Shown piece after piece: positions 50,601 to 61,397 of a DNA stretch of 64,000 nucleotides (its first letter is position 1; each line of letters begins with the position of its first letter). The DNA is from Protoeuglena noctilucae (lineage: Eukaryota): positions 124,001 through 188,000 of the forward strand of contig OY253677.1 of NCBI GenBank assembly GCA_958009085.1, written 5' to 3'. The notes below the pieces were generated by a model. That model had not been told where the DNA came from. It searched no databases and worked only from the letters and a program-made list of their open reading frames with translations. Made by a program: the position numbers and the translations under genes.

Positions 50601-51709
50601 CAACACGGTGGCCTTCACGCTGCAGATTAAGGCTGCCTCGGCAGTTGGCGACGTGCCGACTGTGTCGTCCGTCCAGGCGGCCCTGTCGGGCAACTCGGGC
50701 ACGTCCTCGGTCCTGTTCGGGTCCGTGTCGTCGTCGCCCCAGGGCATCGCGGGCAACATGCTCTGTGAGGTGGGCGAGTCGTACTCGACCGTGCCGGGCG
50801 ACTGCCCGACGCCGCCGACGACCCAAGTCTGCGAGACGCCCAGCTCTGGCGTCGGGAATGTGCTCGCCATGTGCGCTGGGAACGGGTCGTGCGTCCAGGG
50901 TGCCTGCCAGTGCAAGCCGGGCTACACGGGAACAGGCTGCAACATGTGCGCCCCCGGCTACCAGCAGTCTGGCCAGTTCTGCGTCGGCTCGTCCGCCTCG
51001 ACCGCCTCCACCTCGGGCTCGTCCCCGTCCTCTCCGGGGGCGGCCACCCCAGCGGCTGGGACTACCCCGGCGGCCGGCAAGTCGACGGGTGGTGCCACCA
51101 CCCCGGCTCCCGCGACGGGCTCTGGCTCGGCTGCGGCGGCGCCGGGCTCCAGCTCTGGCTCGTCGTCTCCGGGTGTTTCGGGCAACGCGGGCAGCGGTGC
51201 CCCCGCGCCCTCATCCAGGTGTGTGCCTGCAGCAGGGCATCACCAACGCCCAGCTGCCCCTGTGTTTCCTTGCCAGCCAAAACTGTTTCTCTCGCCGCTT
51301 CCGCAGTGCGCCGCCCACCCAGAACAGTGGCAACATGTCCACGGGCACAAGCACGGCGTCGGGCGGTTCGTCCAGCGCCGCCGGCACGGTGGGCGTGGCG
51401 TCTGCCTCGGGCGGCTCCAACGTGGCCATCATCGCCGGGTTCGCGGGTGCCGGCGTGGCGGTGGTGGGCATCGGCGCGTTTGCTGTGTACAGCATCAAGC
51501 GCAACCGGACGGAGGCGGCGACGGTGGCTGTGGCGCCCCTCGAGGAGGTGGTGCAGACGTCGGAGCCGTCGGCCGAGGCCGTCGCAAGCAAGGACACGAG
51601 CGTCACTTCCAAGATGGCTTCCGCCAAGGTGGCGCCGTCCCCCCCAGGGACGAGCGCCGGGCGGACCACCGAGGCGGTGGCGCCCGTGGATGATGTCGTG
51701 ATCTCTTGA
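26628..51709 (+). pseudogene. Giant (~7,900 aa) type-I membrane adhesin-like gene: signal peptide, tandem cadherin-like repeats with Cys-rich inserts, TSP1 repeats, SEA-like segment, EGF, S/T/G stalk, TM. Disrupted in this assembly by 4 frameshifts and 1 in-frame TAA.
   Basis: Signal peptide MKLSTLRAGAAMALVAALATLCGSAFA. 13 introns join in frame. Recurrent NDAP/NDPP, DxDS and 'ALxxVxYxNxSxxP..G.R.V.I.V.D' motifs. WVTSAWSSC/QAWGACS TSP1 motifs at 48900-49720, EGF at 50870-50985, TM VAIIAGFAGAGVAVVGIGAFAVYSI followed by KRNR. Lesions at 32569 (74-bp duplication), ~36898, 42952 (TAA), ~44099 and ~45536. Confidence 0.85.
32495..32642 (+). repeat. Perfect 74-bp tandem duplication causing a frameshift in the adhesin
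   Basis: 32495-32568 equals 32569-32642. The ORF switches from 28457..32641 to 31651..37125 here. Confidence 0.95.
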
Positions 51710-52452
51710 GATGTTTGTGACCTCTTGAGTGATCTTTGCCGAATGCCATGACGAGGAATGGGATTGGATAGTTTGCCCGTGATGGGCGTGGTTGCCCTCG
51801 CCTCTGCTGGGCCGCGGGGGTGGGGGTGCCGAGCGGGTTGAGTTTGCGTGCCATGGCACTGCTGCTCGTGACGCTGCCACGCTGTTTGCTGCATGTGGCG
51901 CACTGCTGTCGCATGTTTCTGTTGAGGTGTGCGTCGCCGGGAAGAGATTAGCGTGGTTGGCGCAGGCGACTCGTGCTGCTCGGAGCGTGTGGGCGGTAGT
52001 GACGGATGCGGGGCCAGAGGATTGGGGCGGAGGACTCGGCACCGGCGATCCGGCCAATGATTGATTGCCTGGCAGTCGCACACGGCGGCTGTTCGTCTTG
52101 CTGATTGAAGAGAGCCTTACATAAGCAACTGTCATTAGACGGGGCACAAGCAACAGAACGGTCATTAGGATAGGAAAGGATAGGAAAGGAAGCACGAGAA
52201 CAGAATAAACACACACCCTCATCCTCCACAAGTCATGGACACATCCCTGTGCGCTCATGCACAAAAACCAAACAGCCTTGAGAAGATCAAGAAGACAGAA
52301 GATCACGCACGAGAAGATCACGCACGAGAAGTACGCCCTTATCCTCTACAAGCCTTCATACCGCACATTGCCCTCACCCATGTGCATTCTAGGATGAAAA
52401 ACACAAGATCAATCATGCCTTGTTCTCCCAGCCAAGGTAGGCTCCCAGGGCG

Positions 52453-55400
52453 TCAAGCGTCCGGCTCCTTCCCAGCAGCGTCCGCTCGTTCTTCTTGGTG
52501 TCCCCCCCCCTCGACCTTGCGATCCTTGCCCTCGGCGTCGAGCGACCCAGCAGTCGAGGTCGTGCCAGAGGCAGAGGACTCGGAGACCTTTGACATGTCC
52601 ACTTCTACAGATGCAAGGAGGTCGATTGGTAGGCGGGGCTTCGTCAACGATGCAACATCTCAGCCCAACAAATGCGACGCACCCTTTCTCGCTGCTGCCA
52701 TCCGCCGAGAGCGTGTGACGAGCGCCCACACTCCAAAGGCGATTCCAACAATACCAGCGGCGGGAGGGGCCACGTAATAGGCCAGAGAGACGTAGTTGAA
52801 GCCTGACTTGCCCTTCCGGGTCGGTGACTGCGACCAGATTCAAGCATGCATGATCGACCATGAATCATCCTCTTCCGCGCAGGCCCCGGCGCGAGTCGCC
52901 CGTGACTTACCGGCGTAGGCGCCGGCGCCGTGCTGAACACGGTCGGCTTCGCTGCCACGGTCACCGAGTTGGCCACCACGGGCACACCTTGGGCCACAAG
53001 CGCCTGCTCCAGCGTGGCAGTTGACGTGCTGCGAGCAGTGCGGCACATGACATCGCCCCTGTGCAGCGCAAAACTCCAGGTCAGGCCTGAAGCATAGCCC
53101 TGCCTTGCCTGGATGTCTTGGCTTGCACGGTATCGGCCTGGGTCTGAGTCGGGGTCAAGATGCTGACTGACAGGGACACCTTCTGCTGCGCCTGCATCAG
53201 ACGTCGGTTGGACAGCGTCGTTGCCGTCACGCTCACGTACATGACGTCAATCTGCAGGGTGTTGGCCACCGCAACGCTCGTGTCGCGTTCCAGCTTGGAC
53301 AGATCCTGCGAGGGGCCCCCGACGTCCGTGACTGAGCTCTCTTGCCTGAGTCAGGCACCCAAGTTGCCGATTGTTCTGCTAAGCTCGGTAACGCACCTCG
53401 TTTGTCTTGACCTCCATGACGTACTCCACATGCACACCGTACGAGGGGGTCTTCTGCACGTCACTGCTGGAGATGCTCACGGAGACGGCAGGGACACCAG
53501 CGCCCACCAGTGCCTTCGTGACAGGATCCGATGGGCTGAGGGGGCAACGGAGCAGAGCAACTCGTCAATCAACGTCATGCAAATGACCCGTGGGCACTCA
53601 GCACCATTGCCACTCACTCGCTCTCGATGCTCTTGATGTTCTGCACGACCGAGTCTGGGACGCCTTGCACAACGAGCTTGAGAGTCAGCGTCGAGCTGCT
53701 CTGGGCGGGGCGCCTAGATGGGGCCGGCGTGCTGCCTGACGAGGACTGGTAAGCGTTGGTCTGAGTGTTGAACAGCGTCGTCAGGGCCAGCGAAACTTTG
53801 TCCGCAAGGTTGCCCGCGACCCCGGCCTGTGAGAGGTCCACACTGGAGTCCAGCACCACGGTGAGGAGCTGCACGAGAATGGACTTGGGCACTGCAGGCG
53901 TCGGGGCAGGTGTGGTGCCCGAGGGTGCGAGGGTGGGCGTGGGCGTGGCCGCTGGCGGTGCTGCCGTCGTCGCAGGTGTCGGAGTTGAAGGACCACTAGA
54001 AGCTGGCGTAGCTGGGGATGGCGTGGCGGGGGACGGTGAGGCTGGGGTTGGTGATGCGGGGGTGGAAGAGGAGGGTGTGGATGGAGCTGGCGTGGCGGGG
54101 GACGGGGATGCTGGGGTGGAAGAAGCAGGGACAAGTGTGGCCGGAGCAGGCGTGACAGGGGCAGGGGTGGCTGGAGCAGGTGGGGGGTTGGGTGCAGGTC
54201 CTGGGGGGTTGGGCGCAGGACCCGGTGGGCTCCCAACATTCACCACCTTCCAGTACAGCGTCACCGCCGTGCTCGACAGCACCGTCCCGTCCCCCACGCA
54301 CGTCACCGTCCCCGTCGTGTCGCTGCTCTCCGCCCCCCCCGTCACCGTGATGCCCCCCGCCGTGTACACCCACGCCCCGCTCGTCGCGCTCGCCGAGGAG
54401 GCCACCGTCAGCGGCGACCCCGTCAGCGTCACCGGCAGCCCGCTGCCCACCGTGCACGTCACCGTCCCGTCGCTCCCGATGTGCGACCCCACCTTCACGT
54501 ACACCGTCACCGACGCCCCCTCCGTCACAGACGTGTACGTGCCCGATGCTGTCGACACGCCCGTCGACCCCCCCGTGTCCGTGTAGAAGGTCAGCGCTGC
54601 CGGCACGTTCGTCACCTTCACGTACAGCGTCACCGCCGTCGACTGCAGCCCCGTCCCGTCCCCCGAGCACGTAACAGTCGCCCCTGTGTCTGAATCCACT
54701 TGCTGTGCCTGGAGTGTAATGCCCGACTGGCACAGGCCATTGACCCAGTTGCTGGAGGTGGAGGACACTGTGAGTGGGCTGCCTTGGACGGTGAGGGAAG
54801 ACGAGGATGAGGTGCAGGTCAGCGTCCCATTGGCTGCGACGGTGCGTGCAGGTCAGCGTCCCATTGGCTGCGACGGTGCGATCTGCCTTGGGGTAAATGG
54901 TCAGCGTCGACCCCTCTGCCAGGGACGTGGGGCTGGTGATGACGGTCGAGACTGCCGTGGTGCTGCTCGCCGTGGTGTTGCTGCTGTAGAGAGTGAAGAC
55001 TGCTGCCGCCGACTGCACTGTCAACGACAGCTGCACCGAGGTGCTAGCCAGCACTGAGCCATCGCCAGTGCAGGTGACCGTCACAAACTTGTCCTGCGTC
55101 ACGGTCTGCGCGCTCAACGTCAGCCCCGTCGTTTGTGTGCCCGAGCTCGTGCTGCTGCCGGTCAGAGTGCCTGAGTTGGAGACCGTGAGTGACGCGGTAT
55201 CCGAGCTGGTGCAGGTGATGGTCCACGACCCGCCTGGACCACTGCTGAAGCTCGGGTACAGGGTCAGGGTGCTGCCCGCACTGACTGTCGTGGGAGCAAT
55301 GCTGCTGGTCGACACGGCCGTCGCGCCAGCTGCGTCGCTGTAGTACGTCACTCCCGGAAGGCTCGTCTGGACTTTGAAGTACAGGTAGACGCCTGCTGGG

Positions 55401-58400
55401 CTCACCGGGTACACGTCGCCTCCGCTGGTTCCGATGCAGGCGACGCCGATGACACCCGAGTCGCCTGCCACGCTCGACGCCGTGATCGTCAGGCCTTTGG
55501 TGTATGTCAGGCCATTCCAATCGCCTGCGACGTAGTTGGACGCTTTAGGGCCGGGGACTGCTAGCGTCGAGGAGCTCACGGTCAGCTTGCCAGCATCGGG
55601 GTAGAAAACCGTGGCAAGCGTGGAGCACGTGATGGAGCCGCCAGTTGACGTGCTGGGGAGACTCGACTGCAGCGTCGGGTAGATGGTGATAGTGCTACCG
55701 CTGGTGATGACGGTGGGGTATGCCGGGTTGACTGACGCCGCACTCGAGTCGGGGGGGGGAGAAGTGTTGGATGTGTACATGCGAAAGGGTGTGACCCAAT
55801 TTGCTCCCGATGCGGGCGTGAAAAGCACGTAAAAGTTGTAGGGCGCCGTGGACAGCGAGTCGTTCCCGCTCCCCGTGCAGGTGACCGTGATGGTATTGGC
55901 ATACATCAGGCCCGTGATCGTCATGGGCGTCCCGTACACGCCGTAGTTCCTCCAGCTCCCCGTCGTCGACGCCAGCTCCGAGCCCGACATGGCCTTGACC
56001 GAGAGGGTGACTGAGGTCGTCTGGCATACGCCGCTGTTCGTGCAAGTGGACACGGTCGAGTATGTCGACCCGCTCCCCAACACCGCGTACGGCTTGGTGG
56101 TGTCATTGCCACTCCACGATGCGTAGCAGGTGATGGTCCCGTCGCTGTCGATGTCCCGGTCGATCATCGGGTAGATGAGCAAGGTCTGCCCGACAGTCCA
56201 CGACGTCTGTGTGCCGACCGATGTTCCGAACTTGAGCCAGCCCGGATTGGTGACGTACGACGCCACCAGGCAGCTGGGGTAGTCGCAGATGTAAGAGTAC
56301 GACAGATTGGCCTCCTTGGCTACCACCTGCACGTACAGCGTCACTTGATCCGTGGCCACCCCGCCAGTCCCGGCGCAGGTGATGGCGAGGGCGCCCGTGT
56401 CCGCCGTCACTGCGTTTGCCGTCACGGAGATCCCGCTCAAGTAGACGCCGCCGCTGTGCCACTTGCTGTCGCCCGTCAGCTCCGTGCCCGTCATCGTGAC
56501 CGTCAGTGCCCCCCCGACCGTGATGGACGAGGACGTCGTCGTGCACGTCACCGTGCCTGTCGCCGCCAGGTTCTGGTTGACCTTGGGATAGAGCGTCAGA
56601 GTCGCCCCCTCGGCGATGCTCGTCGGCCACGCGCTCTTGGTCGACACGGCCGTGGCACCGGTCGAGTCGCTGTAGAACGTCACCGTCGCCACGTTGACCC
56701 GCACATAGATGTTGGCATTGTATGCGTGGAGCGTCGTCGAGTTGGTGTTGGACGTCTGGATGGTCACCAACTCCGTGGCAGAGCTGGCTGAGGCGTTGGC
56801 CGTGAAGATGATCGGAGTCCCGTACACGCCCGTGAAGGCTGCAGTGCTGCCCGAGATCTTGACGCCCTTGTAGCTGGTCGAGCCCGAGGTGTACGTGTCC
56901 GGGCCAGTGCCGGTGAAGTTCGTGAGGCACGTGGTCGTTGTTGCGCAAGCGAAGTACAGGTACACGTCGGTCGTCTGACTGTTGGTCCCGTTGCTGACGT
57001 AGACGTTGAGCGTGCCGCCGGGTGCCACCACCTCGGGTGCGTTGGGGTCGGACGACAGCACCCTCGAGCAGGATGCGTCGGCGCACGGCGTCCATGAGTC
57101 GGTGATGGCGAAGGTCACGTAGTAGTCACGCGGGGCGAGGCTGCCCCCCGTCGTGCAGTGGAGCACCGAGGTGGTGTTCACAGACAGGTTCTTCGACACG
57201 ATCGAGAAGGACGGAACGTAGACCCCGTAAGTAGTCTGAGTAGTAGTCTTAGTAGTCCAGTACGACGTCGGGTCGCCTGCACTGTTTTTGAAATAATAAC
57301 CTCCCTTCTCGCTTCCCGGCACCGACAGGACTCGGAGTGTGCTGCTGTCGATGGCGTAGCCACTCTTCGGCGTGACCACCAGGTTGCCATCCACACTGAC
57401 GCACTTGACCCAGCCGTCGCTGTAGATGTCGCTCGAGAGCATGACGTACAGGGTATAGGAGAGCTGCTCTTGCATCGCGAAGGTGGAGGACGACGGGGAG
57501 GTGGACGGAGAGATGAGAGAGGACGTTAAAAAGTAATGCACCTGCAGGGTCGCCACCGTCTCCCACAGCGGGTAGGCCGTCTCCATGTCCGCGCTGGTGA
57601 CGGTGCGCGCGTTGTACAGGTTGTTGGTGCTGTCGACCAGCGTGCCGTCGTTGATCTCGATGCGGATGCCCAGGTTCTCCACCGAGTACGGACCGACCTG
57701 CGTCTGCACCTTGGACCCCACGTAGACCAGGTACCACGTGTCTGTCTTGATGCCGGGCCCCGCAGAATAGCCACCGAGTGCGGGCCACTCCGTCGCGTCT
57801 GCAAGGAGGGCGCAACAGCATGAGCAACAGACAGACAATGAACGGCACAAGCAAACATGCATATCGAGCCAGACGTATTGCACTCACAGGGGTCGCTGGG
57901 GCAAACCGCGGAACCGCCGCCCGAAAAGTCGTACATGTCATCGTAGCAGCATGCCGTGCACGACGATGAAGTCGTCCCATCCCCCAACATTGGCGTTGCC
58001 GTGTTTGTGCTGGGGTCGTACACGCCCACCGCCACGACTTGTGTCGAAGCTGCGACGAGGCGGCAGCGGGCCCATCAGGACAGCCGGCTTGGCAAGCGGT
58101 GGCCCCGACCGAGCCACCAGTGGCTCAACGCTCACCTGGTCTGTTGGCCACGGAAGAACGTTGTGGAGCTCTGTACCCGGTTGGCGCACGTCTGGATCCG
58201 AAGGTTGCACGTCGTGTTCGTGCAGTCGAAGGAGCTCTTGATCTTGAACGCGAACCACATGTCCGAATCGTACGTGTACCCGCCGCTCAGGTAGCAGAAG
58301 GCGCTTGTGTTCGGCGACACGTCGCTGGTGCTTTTACCGTTGGGTGGTGCAGCAGGGTTGGCGTCGGGGTAAATCTTGTAGCCCAGGGCCGACATGTGGA

Positions 58401-61397
58401 TGAAGCCGTCGAACGGCAGTGAAGTGATCACGTACGGGTTGTCTGCGAGCGCGGGGCCGCAAACGTGGCTTCCGCACCGACGGCATCGCCTGCGCGTGGC
58501 CCTCGCTCGGAAGCAACGCGATGCTCACCACGCTCGTCGCCGTAAGGCTCACGCTTGTCCAGCAGGGACACCGCGTAGATGCCCTTGTTCAGAAAGTCGT
58601 CCGTCCCACTCGTCACTTGCGTCTGGATCACGACGAAGTTGACGGGATCACCCATCTGCCTGGCGCGGTCGGTCGACACGGTGCTCGTGGACCCCGTGGC
58701 GCCCGAGGAGCTCCAGAGGGGGCGCTGGGCCACGGAGCTGTCCATGTTGAAGGTCACATAGACGGTCTTGGCGGAGGTGTTCGAGGAGGTGAAGGTGGCG
58801 CTGCGGGTGGGGAGCAACGCAGGACAGGTGAGCGCTTGAGGACCTCATCCAGCCAGACCGTCGAGACGCCTCCCCCGTGCCCACCTCGTGACGGAAGAGG
58901 AGGAGCTGAAGGACGCCGTGATGCCTATGTCGGAAGGGTCCACGCTCAGGGTCACCGTCACGGTCGCCCCTGACGCGGGGGCGCGCACCAAGGCCACCGT
59001 GAAGGTCTGCTGCGCCATGTCGGACGCCGTGATGGAGATGGACTGCTTGGAAGCGACGATGACCCTCTGCGGTGGGGCTGGGCAAAGGTGATGAATGACC
59101 TGGCCTTGTGGCTCCCACACCTGCCTGGCATGGCATCGCGCGTCGGTCCCGCACCTTGGACATGGGCAGCGAGTACACGAGGTTCTGATTGGTGGCCGAG
59201 CTGACCTCCGCCCCGGATGGCGGGACCCGCGCTGCGTCCACGCTGCCCTTGGTCAGCAGGTACTTGAGCGCGAAGCGATCGATCTCAGGTGAGTGGCCCA
59301 GGTAGGTCGCGGCGATGCCTGCGAGGTGGAAGGCGGGGAGGAGGTCGCTGTTCCTTCGTTCGTCTGCTAGTCTACCCCGCAGTGTCGACCGCAGAGTCCC
59401 TCTTTGCCACTCGCCTGCCACCACGGGGGCCGCCATGCTCGTCCCAGTGTCACCAATGTAGGACGTGTTGCTTGTCGCGCAATGTAAGGTGGACCCTGAA
59501 CATGCCGCAAAGTCGTTGTACCCGGGGGCATACACGTCGACGCAAATGCCGAAGTTGCTCCCGTTCTGGTTTGCGCCACCGTACCACTTAGCGTCAAGAG
59601 CTGCAGGGATGGGGAAGGAGCGCGGTGTGACTGCGCATGCCGGTGAATGCAGAAGAGTGGGCTACTCCCAGGCTGCCGCTCTCACCCTGGGAGGATATGC
59701 CCGGCTCGCTGTTGGATGCCCCCACCGTGACCCCAAAGTAGGAGTCGGCGGGGAACAGGGAGCACGAGTCCGTCTCCGAGTTGCCAGCGGCGATACTCGC
59801 GAGCACGCCCAGCGACATGGCGCCCTGCAGCGCCTTGCCCAGGTAGGGAGAGTGCGAGCCTGGGCTCCCGCCGTAGGACAGGTTGATGACCGCGGGGTAG
59901 TAGGACGTTGTGTTGGACACCGTGTAGGCGACTGAGGTGGGGGCAGGAGGGCAGCGGTCGTGGCGTGCCAATCACTGCACCGCAAGCACATGCTATCTTC
60001 CCCCGCCACTCACTCGAGGTCACCATGTCCGCGACCTTCGACGCGCTCGCCGTCTGGTCGCTGTCCGACAGGGTCGCCACGATGCGCACGAACGCGCCCT
60101 GCGATGGAGCCATTGCAGCTATTATCATGTCTGCCACAGCGAAGAGCGGCAACTTCGCCCCAACTGCTCAGGGCCCTCACCTTGGCCACGCCCGCGTTGG
60201 TGCCCGCGGCGATGCTGGCCACGACTGTGCCGTGGCCGCTCCGGACGTCGAACGGGCTCTGGTCGATCTCGCTCGTGCTGCCGTAGTAGATGGCCCGCCC
60301 ACCGAAGTCCACGTGGTCCTTGTTGACGCCTGAGATGACAGCGACCACCCTTGCTCAGCACAGGCTCCATCCGCCACATGGCCGCACCATGCGTCACGGG
60401 CGTCCTGACCCGTGTCCATGACGAAGATGCTGACGCGGCCACCGGAGAAGGAGTACCCGTCCCCGTAGTAGTTGAACTTGCCGTCCAGGAAGTTGCCGTT
60501 GCTCTGCACTGTACTCTCCGCATACAGCTGGTCGATGCGGTCCAGGTGGTGGAAGTACTCGTTGTTGCTGATCGCGGTCGTGCTGGAGTCGATCGTCTCC
60601 GTGCTGACTGAGGGAAGGAGGGAGGAGCGGGCACCTGTCCATTCTGCTAAACTTAAAGTTGACAGGTGCCCCATGTGCCAGCACCCCACTCACGCGACGA
60701 TCCCTCTCCCCCCGACACGTCCTGTAGGGAACGCCCCTGTGGGACCTCTCCCGCCCTTCCCAGCCTCCCTGGCGCCCGCGACGGCAGCGACGCCCGCACC
60801 ACAGCGTCCTCGAATACCAGCAGGACCTGGGCGCCCTCCTCCTCCGCCACTTGTGCAGCGACGTCCACCACGACCTCCTCCGCGCCCCACGCCTCCGTCG
60901 CCGCCTCCTCCGGGGTTGGCGACATGCGCTGCTCGCACCGGCGCACCCCCACCCCGTGCAGCTCCATGCACAGGCGCTGCGCTGCCCGCCAGTGGGCCCC
61001 GGTGGTGGGGCCGTGCTGTCCCTCCGCGAACTCACTGTCACCGAACACCACAATCCTGCGCGGCGCACGCACGGCAGGGTCGCGAGAGCACGTCCCCAAG
61101 GCCTACGTATGCAGCAAGCGTCCCCCCGTCGTCCTCTCACCAGGGCACGTTCTCGGGCACAACTCCGTCAACCCCATCGCCCGACATTTCGATGAGACGC
61201 CGCTGCGGCCGCGGCGTGCGCCGCATGACCTGCAGGCGCCGGGGGGATCGCTTGACGCCCGCGCCACCTGGGTGTGCTGGAACGGACCCCGCAGCCTCCG
61301 CGGGACTCGCCTGCACGGCAGCATGACATGGAGACGCCAGAAGGAATCCCAAACCCAGCAGTGCGAGCGCCGCTAGCAGCGCCTTCCAGCCTCTCAT
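52453..61397 (-). pseudogene. Large (~2,400-2,500 aa) membrane-anchored subtilisin-like (S8, proteinase K/aqualysin-type) protease gene. Two frameshifts in this assembly.
   Basis: Signal peptide MRGWKALLAALALLGLGFLLASPCHA and I9-like prodomain (WIVVF...VFEDAVV). Catalytic region: HLDRIDQ, FVMDTG (Asp), GHGTVVAS (His), AAGN (oxyanion Asn), GTSMAAP (Ser). Then a PPC-like domain, Thr/Ser-rich repeats, P/A/S/T stalk, TM (YVSLAYYVAPPAAGIVGIAFGVWALV-TRSRR) and an acidic tail ending TGA at 52453. Frameshifts at 58039-58040 and 54812-54879. Confidence 0.88.
54812..54879. repeat. Perfect 34-bp tandem duplication causing a frameshift in the subtilase
   Basis: GTGCAGGTCAGCGTCCCATTGGCTGCGACGGTGC twice. 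The reading frame moves from ORF 53996..57883 to the frame of ORF 53614..54768. Confidence 0.95.
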
